A program made the position numbers and the translations under genes. A stretch of DNA of 14,754 bases from a virus. Taxonomy: Duplodnaviria; Heunggongvirae; Uroviricota; Caudoviricetes. The number at the start of each line of letters is the position of its first letter. The stretch's first letter is position 1. The notes below the pieces were generated by a model. That model made no database searches and was not told the origin of the DNA. It was given only the letters and a program-made list of their open reading frames with translations. Below, one piece after another: positions 1 through 6,419 of the stretch. Location of the stretch: IMG/VR virus record IMGVR_UViG_2660238499_000008. One strand, written 5' to 3'.

Positions 1-1260
1 ATGCCAAAACTCACAGACATGCAGATCCGCGCATGGATAAAGGCCGGGGAGCGATTCGAGGGACGCTCTGACGGTAACGGGCTTTATCTTTCATACCGCG
101 AAAACTACCAGACCCCCGTCTGGCGATTCCGCTATAAATTCGCAGGGAAACCCCGCGCCATGCTGATTGGCTCATATGCCGAGCTATCACTATCAAAGGC
201 CAGAGAGACAGCCAAAGAGCTATCGGCTCGCGTTGCGCTGGGCTATGACGTTGCAGGAGAGAAGCAGAAGCGCAAAACCGAAGCACTGGCGAAGATGGAA
301 GCAGAGAAGAACGCTATGCGCGTTTCAGAGCTTGCCGCTGAATACTTTGAGCGTCAGATCCTCCCGCGCTGGAAGCACCCCGATATACTCCGCCGCCGTA
401 TCGACAAAGATATAAACCCATGCATTGGCAGCATGAAGGTAGAGGGCGTGAAACCGCGCCATATCGATGACATGCTGAAAGGTATTGTTGACCGTGGAGC
501 GCCGACCATAGCAACGGACGTGCTGAGATGGACGCGCCGCATATTCGACTACGGAATCAAACGGCACGCGCTGGAGATTAACCCATGTTCAGCCTTTGAG
601 GTGGCAGACGCCGGAGGGAAAGAAGTTGCCCGTGACCGCTGGTTAACCCGCGATGAGTTAATCCAGCTATTCAAAGCCATGCGCACGGCTAAGGGATTCA
701 GTCGCCAGAACGAAATCACGTTCAAATTACTGTTAGCGTTATGCGTCCGCAAAATGGAGTTATGCGCCGCCCGCTGGGAGGAGTTCGATTTTGATAAAGC
801 CGTATGGCATTTACCAGAGGAACGCAGCAAAAACGGCGACGCTATAGACATTCCATTAGCACCGCCAGCCGTCGAATGGCTGAGAGAGCTTAAAACGTTC
901 TCATGCAACAGCGCATGGGTACTGCCAGCCAGAAAGATGCAAAACCGCATGATCCCCCATATTCAGGAAAGCACCCTGCCCGTAGCACTGGCTAAGGTTC
1001 GCGCCGAAATGCCGGACGTGCCGAATTTCACGATTCACGACTTCCGACGCACGGCCCGCACCCATTTAGCAGCGCTGGGCGTTGATCCGGTAGTGGCTGA
1101 AAGATGCCTTAATCACAAAATTAAAGGCGTGGAGGGTATCTATAACCGTCACCAGTATTTTGATGAGCGTAAAGCGGCGCTGGCGCAGTGGTGTGATTTG
1201 CTGGTGGCACTGGAGAGCGGTGAAGATTACAACGTCACGCCGATAAAAAAGGCTAATTAA
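1..1260 (+). CDS. int: Tyrosine recombinase / integrase, P4 / CP4-57 (IntA) type
   Basis: 419-aa ORF. N-terminal arm-binding-like region (MPKLTDMQIRAWIK...GLYLSYREN...WRFRYKFAGK) typical of P4-family integrases. C-terminal catalytic region with H-x-x-R (FTIHDFRRTART) and candidate catalytic Tyr near the C-terminus (GIYNRHQYF). ORF begins exactly at window position 1, so promoter and attL are not visible. Confidence 0.93.
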   Translation: MPKLTDMQIRAWIKAGERFEGRSDGNGLYLSYRENYQTPVWRFRYKFAGKPRAMLIGSYAELSLSKARETAKELSARVALGYDVAGEKQKRKTEALAKMEAEKNAMRVSELAAEYFERQILPRWKHPDILRRRIDKDINPCIGSMKVEGVKPRHIDDMLKGIVDRGAPTIATDVLRWTRRIFDYGIKRHALEINPCSAFEVADAGGKEVARDRWLTRDELIQLFKAMRTAKGFSRQNEITFKLLLALCVRKMELCAARWEEFDFDKAVWHLPEERSKNGDAIDIPLAPPAVEWLRELKTFSCNSAWVLPARKMQNRMIPHIQESTLPVALAKVRAEMPDVPNFTIHDFRRTARTHLAALGVDPVVAERCLNHKIKGVEGIYNRHQYFDERKAALAQWCDLLVALESGEDYNVTPIKKAN

Positions 1261-1354
1261 CCGAACAGATTGAGCCTAGCCCGACGGGGCGAAAAGTGGG
1301 AAGCCTTACCGCCTGGCTCAATTCTTTTTAAGGCAAAGCGTAGAAGGTGACGCA

Positions 1355-2188
1355 ATGGCATTACCAAAAAGGAAATATTACTCGCTTGAAAAAGCAGCGA
1401 AAGAATTGGAATGTGATGTTGATGATTTGCTTCATTATGCATCTTTAGGAATTCTACAGATTTGTGTCTACATAGAAATAAATGAAGATGAGGGCCTCTC
1501 CGAATGCTTCATAGACTCTGATGTTGACGATGAATTACTCGAATCTCTTAGCAGTGATGTTGATCCAACTCCATTAAGATGGGCTACTGAGTTAAATTAT
1601 ATAGTAGAAGATGCAGGGTTTTTCCTTTTGTCGAGAAGAGATGATGATTGTGATTCAAAGATAAACTCAGCAGGGGGATTTTTTGCGCTCAATCATACTG
1701 AGCTATCTACTCCAAAATTTGAAAAAGATAGAAAAATCGAAGTTTTTTCTCTTGGGCACTTGAGAGAGCATTATCACATTGTCAGTGGCAATCAATTTGG
1801 CGGAAGCACGCCAGGATATGAGCCGGGAAGCATTCTTTTTTACAAGCCACGAAAATTCGAAATTCATGACTTTTGCATCACATTGCCTGAGCTAGAGTTA
1901 TTGAAAAAAGGCGGAGAAAATCTACTTCATTCTGCATTTGGTTATAATCACCGTTCCTCTGAACTAATCGGTAGGAAAAAAGAAAATTTCTCAAAGCATA
2001 AAGCTTCCCTAATCAGATCTCTCACTGAACTGGCTTTTGTAAAGGATGGCGGGATTTCAAAACTTTCAATGGAATCAATAGCGGATCAATTACAACGAAA
2101 ATTTATGGACGCAGAGATAGATTATGATGATTTAAGTCCTTCAAATTTAAGGAATTGGTTAGGTACTGGCAGAAAGGATAAAATTTAA
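1355..2188 (+). CDS. Hypothetical protein, AT-rich cargo gene; possible N-terminal HTH, acidic linker, C-terminal domain of unknown function
   Basis: 277-aa ORF with purine-rich RBS (gaaggtga) about 6 nt before the ATG. Visibly AT-rich and different in codon usage from flanking GC-rich genes. N-terminus (YSLEKAAKELECDVDDLLHYASLGILQ) loosely resembles excisionase/AlpA-type HTH (inference only). Long acidic stretch (DSDVDDELLESLSSDVD, RRDDDCD). No recognisable catalytic motif. Confidence 0.65.
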   Translation: MALPKRKYYSLEKAAKELECDVDDLLHYASLGILQICVYIEINEDEGLSECFIDSDVDDELLESLSSDVDPTPLRWATELNYIVEDAGFFLLSRRDDDCDSKINSAGGFFALNHTELSTPKFEKDRKIEVFSLGHLREHYHIVSGNQFGGSTPGYEPGSILFYKPRKFEIHDFCITLPELELLKKGGENLLHSAFGYNHRSSELIGRKKENFSKHKASLIRSLTELAFVKDGGISKLSMESIADQLQRKFMDAEIDYDDLSPSNLRNWLGTGRKDKI

Positions 2189-2203
2189 AACTTTCAAAGT
2201 TTT
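2187..2203. promoter_or_regulatory. 17-bp perfect palindrome AAAACTTTCAAAGTTTT upstream of alpA (operator-like dyad or weak hairpin)
   Basis: Perfect dyad symmetry read directly from the sequence; overlaps the stop codon of the preceding gene and lies about 85 bp upstream of the alpA start. A partial repeat (cgaaagttt) follows at about 2213-2221. Function not demonstrable from sequence. Confidence 0.3.
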
Positions 2204-2287
2204 AAATGCTTATCGAAAGTTTGCTTTGGTTTATGCCTCAATTTTTTAATCATACCCGTAACAACGCAGAAAGGAGTTACGGGAAGC

Positions 2288-2491
2288 ATGAGCACAGAAA
2301 CTATTCCTACCAGCGGCTATATCCGCCGCTTTCGTTTAGCGAGCCATCTTGGCGTCCACGTCACAACAGTAGATCGCTGGGTCCGCGAGAAACGCATTCC
2401 AGCACCCGTCAAATTGGGTGAGAAGATTACCGCCTTTGATGCGGTAGAGATTAACAACTGGCTGGCAGAGCGTCGGGGAAAGGTGGCGTAA
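2288..2491 (+). CDS. alpA: AlpA-family phage transcriptional regulator (HTH)
   Basis: 67-aa ORF with good RBS (aaaggag). Sequence RFRLASHLGVHVTTVDRWVREKRIPAPVKLGEKITAFDAVEINNWLAERRG matches the AlpA / prophage CP4-57 regulator pattern (HTH followed by PxPVKLG and W-acidic C-terminus). Confidence 0.88.
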   Translation: MSTETIPTSGYIRRFRLASHLGVHVTTVDRWVREKRIPAPVKLGEKITAFDAVEINNWLAERRGKVA

Positions 2492-2928
2492 TGGGAAAGA
2501 AAAACCGCCCCGGACAGCAGGCGGCTAACAACATAGATATTCGCGGATCTGATGTTACGCCGACCACCAGCCCGGTACAAGTACCTAAGCGAACCCCAAA
2601 GAAACACCGCGCCCGCGTCTATATGCTGCGTACTGGCGTAGAGGGATGGACAGAAAACGACATTCTGCGCTACTGCCGTCTTTCATCCGGGCGTAATTAT
2701 GCGTCTGAACTGGAGCGCCAGCTTGATATTCAGCTTGAGCGTATAGACGAAAAGAACCCCGACGGGATCGGGTCACATTTACGCTATCGCTTTACCGGGC
2801 GCGGTGACGTTCTAAAAGTTATTCAGCTTGTGAACCACAACGCCACCGCTGGTGGCTATAACGGGCTTTCTAAGCAGGATATCGCGGACATTCTCAATCT
2901 ATACCCGGACAATCTCACCGCCGGCTAA
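2491..2928 (+). CDS. Hypothetical protein with basic, low-complexity N-terminus
   Basis: 145-aa ORF whose ATG overlaps the alpA stop (TAATG), suggesting translational coupling. No family recognised. Confidence 0.6.
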   Translation: MGKKNRPGQQAANNIDIRGSDVTPTTSPVQVPKRTPKKHRARVYMLRTGVEGWTENDILRYCRLSSGRNYASELERQLDIQLERIDEKNPDGIGSHLRYRFTGRGDVLKVIQLVNHNATAGGYNGLSKQDIADILNLYPDNLTAG

Positions 2929-2940
2929 CGGAGACTGAAA

Positions 2941-3774
2941 ATGAACATCGAAAAAAGCAGATTAATTTCTGAGGCCGCCCCTCATCTGAACGCCTATCAG
3001 GGCACAATTAACGGTAATGAATTTGCCGCAATTGTCCCGGTTATTCCTGGTCATATCGGTGGGCGTGAAACCAATATTGTTAGCGCAAAAGCGTTACACA
3101 AAGCGTTGGGCGTGGGAAAAGACTTCTCTACATGGATCACTGATCGCATCTCTGAATATGACTTCACCATTGGGCACGATTACTCAGTCCATAAAACAAT
3201 TTCCCCAAATCTGGGGAAAAGCCCGAATGGCGCGGCTTACAGCAAGATTAAACAGTCTGGCAGACCCGGCAAAGACTATCTGTTAAGTGTCGGAATGGCG
3301 AAAGAACTGGCAATGATCGAACGCACCGAACAGGGCCGCGCTATCCGCCGTTATTTCATCCAGTGCGAGGAAGAATTACAGCGTAGCGTGCCTGAAATCG
3401 CCGCCCGCTATCGTCGCCAGCTAAAAGCCCGTATCAGTGCCGCCAACCTGTTTAAACCGATGTGCGTAGCGCTGGAAAGCGCCCGCGCAGAACAGGGTAA
3501 ACAGACGCAGGCTCGCCACTACAGCAACGAGAGCAACATGATCGCCCGTATCGTGCTGGGTGGCATGACGGCGAAGCAGTGGGCGCAGGCAAATGGCATT
3601 ACTGGCGAACCACGGGACAGCATGAACGCAGCACAGCTTGAACACCTCGCCTATCTCGAAAGCACCAATATCACGTTAATTGATATGGGTATGGGATATG
3701 ACCTGCGTAAAGCCGAGCTAATCCGCCTCTCTCAGCGCTGGTTAGCTAAACATCTGGGGGCTAATCATGCTTAA
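2941..3774 (+). CDS. Phage antirepressor, AntA-like N-terminal domain plus KilA-C (ANT) C-terminal domain
   Basis: 277-aa ORF, RBS ggag 6-7 nt upstream. N-terminal segment (NIVSAKALHKALGVGKDFSTWITDRISEYDFTIGHDY) resembles the AntA domain. Central segment (GRPGKDYLLSVGMAKELAMIERTEQGRAIRRYFIQCEEEL) resembles the KilA-C antirepressor domain. Confidence 0.82.
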   Translation: MNIEKSRLISEAAPHLNAYQGTINGNEFAAIVPVIPGHIGGRETNIVSAKALHKALGVGKDFSTWITDRISEYDFTIGHDYSVHKTISPNLGKSPNGAAYSKIKQSGRPGKDYLLSVGMAKELAMIERTEQGRAIRRYFIQCEEELQRSVPEIAARYRRQLKARISAANLFKPMCVALESARAEQGKQTQARHYSNESNMIARIVLGGMTAKQWAQANGITGEPRDSMNAAQLEHLAYLESTNITLIDMGMGYDLRKAELIRLSQRWLAKHLGANHA

Positions 3775-3945
3775 TGCCGCCATCCAGAATAAAGCCTTTC
3801 CCCTGGCTGGCCTGATGTATGCAAATGTTAACGTCTGGAGCAAAGCAGCCCGCCGCCAGATTGCGACAAATAGCGACGTTTGGAACCTGTCAAAACCTGA
3901 CATTTGCCACCGCCAGATCTTTACAAATCTTGGTGTTTTCGGGAC

Positions 3946-4176
3946 AAGTACGCACGCGCATGAATGCGAAGCTGGCATAACAGTGCCAGCTAATGCCATC
4001 TCCTCATTTTCTCGTCGTGGTGACGAGGAGAGTTTCGAGACCAGTACGCGCACGAAGATTTATTGGGGGTCACTACGCGAGGAAGATTTTCCCATCATCA
4101 CTACACGAGGCGGGAAGATTTTTCTGACATCACCACTAGATGCAGGGAATTTATGCAACAGTACGCGCACGCGCGA
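3946..4176. repeat. Repeat-rich, probably non-coding region: three direct copies of GTACGCRCRCG and three degenerate tandem ~30-bp units (GAAGATTT...TCACTACRCGAGG)
   Basis: GTACGC(A/G)C(A/G)CG at 3948-3959, 4044-4054 and 4161-4175. Tandem ~30-bp units at about 4052-4082, 4081-4110 and 4113-4142. A GC-stem/UUCG-loop hairpin at about 4388-4407 followed by a U-rich tract. The 311-aa ORF the track draws across this region has low-complexity, non-protein-like composition. Confidence 0.5.
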
Positions 4177-4510
4177 AGGTGAGTTTCTGGAGTCCATAAA
4201 AAAGGGCTTGCCGACTATCGCCAACCCGGTTTATGGTTATAGCGCACCAGCAAAATCTGGTGTCGGGATTGGAACCCCGAACACACTAAGGGCGACACAG
4301 ACGCCGAAAGCGTCTTTTTTTGTGTCCATTCACTACGCACATCAAATCAGCGGACTTACCCGTACTGTATCAATGGTGGCGTTAGTGGGGCTACGTTCGC
4401 GTAGGCCGGTTTCCTTTGTGTCCGGTAGTTCCAACCCTGCTAACGTCACCGCCACTATTAAGATTGGAACCTTATGCGGTGACTCCTTAAACACAAAGGA
4501 GGCTGCCATA

Positions 4511-4702
4511 ATGGCTACTACCCCTACCCAAAAACCGCAATTTATCTGGATTATCGCAGCAGTTCGCCGCGATATGCCGACAATTACCGCCAAAATTCAC
4601 CATATCGCCGCAGAGACTGAGCAGGAAGCCCGCCGCATTCTGGCGCGGGATCACGTTTGCTTTTTTGCCGGACGTATTCGCACAGGGGGCGCACATGCTT
4701 AA
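4511..4702 (+). CDS. Small protein, possibly host cell-division-inhibitor Icd-like
   Basis: 63-aa reading frame (MATTPTQKPQFIWIIAAVRRD...ARRILARDHVCFFAGRI) with its own strong RBS (aggagg 8 nt before ATG at 4511), embedded at the 3' end of the long track ORF 3767-4702. The Icd-like assignment is from recalled similarity to small proteins of P4-like prophages and is not verified. Confidence 0.45.
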   Translation: MATTPTQKPQFIWIIAAVRRDMPTITAKIHHIAAETEQEARRILARDHVCFFAGRIRTGGAHA

Positions 4703-4874
4703 TTACTTCCGTGTTGCAGGATGCGCCACCGCCCGGAGCGGCGAATTAGTCGAGTTCGTTTATATCGTTGACGCCCGCAGCGCGATCAGCGCCAAAGCTG
4801 AGGCGCTAAATCAGGCCAGAAATGAACGCCTTTCCCACATCCAGATTACCCGCATTCGTGAGGTGGCGGCATGA
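4695..4874 (+). CDS. Hypothetical small protein
   Basis: 59 aa from ATG at 4695 (track shows an upstream TTG at 4665). The ATG overlaps the stop of the previous gene (ATGCTTAA); G-rich RBS upstream. Start choice uncertain. Confidence 0.4.
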   Translation: MLNYFRVAGCATARSGELVEFVYIVDARSAISAKAEALNQARNERLSHIQITRIREVAA

Positions 4875-5185
4875 GCATGTATAACGATTTAGTGTCCTGC
4901 AACTTTGATGGTTGTACACCTGATGATCTGAACGGAATTGAGAGCTGCGCCAGTGATGCCGTGGATGATTTAATGCTGGGCGTAAGTGCCATTGGTAGCC
5001 TCATGTTCTGGGCGGCTGGTAGCGATGGCTACCCGGAGGAAAGCGCTAAGGCTGATATGTACAGATTAGGCGCAATGCTGGGACATATCGGAGAAGTTGC
5101 GCGGGCGCTGAACGATAGCGCTGCAAACGCCGCATTCTTGCGCTCAATCAGTGAAAAAGAAGCCAAAGGGAGGGCGGGCAAATGA
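4871..5185 (+). CDS. Hypothetical protein
   Basis: 104-aa ORF; ATGA start/stop overlap with the upstream gene; same strand and operon context. Confidence 0.55.
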   Translation: MSMYNDLVSCNFDGCTPDDLNGIESCASDAVDDLMLGVSAIGSLMFWAAGSDGYPEESAKADMYRLGAMLGHIGEVARALNDSAANAAFLRSISEKEAKGRAGK

Positions 5186-5445
5186 ACAGAACTACCATCT
5201 ATCGCCACCCGGCAGAGCTGGAAGCCGAAGCGATGCTATCTCGCAAAGAAGCATACCCGGATGATTTTACGCTGGCAGACCGAACAGCAGAACGCATGAC
5301 CCGCGCCCGCAATGGGCTGGCTCACGTTATGACCGATTTATTACCACTCCTCGAAGTTGAGCAAGCAGCCATCGCGTATTGCTGGCTGAGTAAAGTCCTG
5401 ACGATTGTCGATATAGCCAGAATTGATGCGGAGGGCAGCGCATGA
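5182..5445 (+). CDS. Hypothetical protein
   Basis: 87-aa ORF; ATGA start/stop overlap with the upstream gene. Confidence 0.55.
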   Translation: MNRTTIYRHPAELEAEAMLSRKEAYPDDFTLADRTAERMTRARNGLAHVMTDLLPLLEVEQAAIAYCWLSKVLTIVDIARIDAEGSA

Positions 5446-6068
5446 GCAACGCACCGACCATTAAATCTGGAAATGCCGACTTATTACACGCAGAAGCCAC
5501 ACCGCACGGCGTAAACATCATGACCCGCAATGATGCCGGGATGTATGAGCATGTTGCTCTTATCAGCTACGAGAGCGCCGTGAACGGCCTTGACGCCGGA
5601 GAGTACGACGATAAGCCAGATATCGGATACGCCATTCATTTTGCCGTTGCTGATGGCGGGGCGCGTGGCTGGTTCGACTTCACCGCGCAGCATAACGTCA
5701 CTATGTGGCGCTGGCTGATTGCTGCGACGTTCATTTCTGAGATGAAGCGCGAAAACGGCACAACCACGGTAACTGAGTCTGACGGCACTTCATCGCAGGT
5801 GGCGATTTACTCCAATGGCACGGCGGGGATTGTGGTTTACCCGTTCGCGGAACGTCTGGCGATGGCTAACAACATGGAGGGCGCAATGATTGAGCGATAC
5901 GGCGTCGAACAGGGTACGGAAAAAGCCATTGTTTTTTATCAGGCCATGATCGACACGGAGCGCGGCGAGTTGACCCCGTTCGGGCGTGAAACGCTTGCTG
6001 AACTTCACAACAGCTTTATAGCTGAACTGGATGAAAACGGCTGGCCTGAAATGCCGCTGCCGCACTGA
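5442..6068 (+). CDS. Hypothetical protein
   Basis: 208-aa ORF; ATGA overlap with the upstream gene; no motif recognised. Confidence 0.6.
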   Translation: MSNAPTIKSGNADLLHAEATPHGVNIMTRNDAGMYEHVALISYESAVNGLDAGEYDDKPDIGYAIHFAVADGGARGWFDFTAQHNVTMWRWLIAATFISEMKRENGTTTVTESDGTSSQVAIYSNGTAGIVVYPFAERLAMANNMEGAMIERYGVEQGTEKAIVFYQAMIDTERGELTPFGRETLAELHNSFIAELDENGWPEMPLPH

Positions 6069-6077
6069 GGGGGCGAC

Positions 6078-6419
6078 ATGATTACTAAAAATTTCCGACT
6101 GAATGCGCTGGCGAATAAGTATGCGTCGGCACTGTATAACCACATTACCTCCACCAGCGGCGGTGACTATTTCATGGTTGATGCGGACGGCCTCGCCGTC
6201 CGTGTGGAAATCGTCAATGGAGTAAAAGGCTTTCGCAGCCTGATCGATAGCTACACACTGGCAGCCATGAAAGTGTCCTACCCGCAGTGGGAAACCGTGG
6301 GGATCGCGCTTCTTGAGCGTTGCGTCACTAAGGACGGATTAACTGACGTCGGGCGCGAGATATGGCAAAGCATGGTTAAAGACATGGGCGCGACCGTGGC
6401 AGGGGGCAACCATGCGTAA
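6078..6419 (+). CDS. Hypothetical protein
   Basis: 113-aa ORF with strong RBS (gaggggg); its stop overlaps the primase start (ATGCGTAA). Confidence 0.6.
   Translation: MITKNFRLNALANKYASALYNHITSTSGGDYFMVDADGLAVRVEIVNGVKGFRSLIDSYTLAAMKVSYPQWETVGIALLERCVTKDGLTDVGREIWQSMVKDMGATVAGGNHA

Noticed and set aside
2206-2421. 71-aa plus-strand ORF overlapping alpA in another frame
   Set aside because: Overlaps the well-supported alpA reading frame and has no RBS; the AlpA frame has the recognisable HTH motif.
3767-4702. 311-aa ORF in the six-frame track spanning the antirepressor-to-Icd-like gap
   Set aside because: Its start overlaps the antirepressor stop with no RBS of its own, the translated product is low-complexity and protein-unlike, and the DNA is packed with direct and tandem repeats. 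A 63-aa ORF with a perfect RBS (4511-4702) sits at its 3' end. I treat the first ~740 bp as non-coding, but cannot exclude translation without data.
6064-6077. GAGGGGGCGACATG resembling a lambdoid cosN-like G/C-rich cohesive-end sequence
   Set aside because: It sits exactly at RBS distance from the ATG of the 6078 gene and is better explained as a Shine-Dalgarno sequence; only a partial match.
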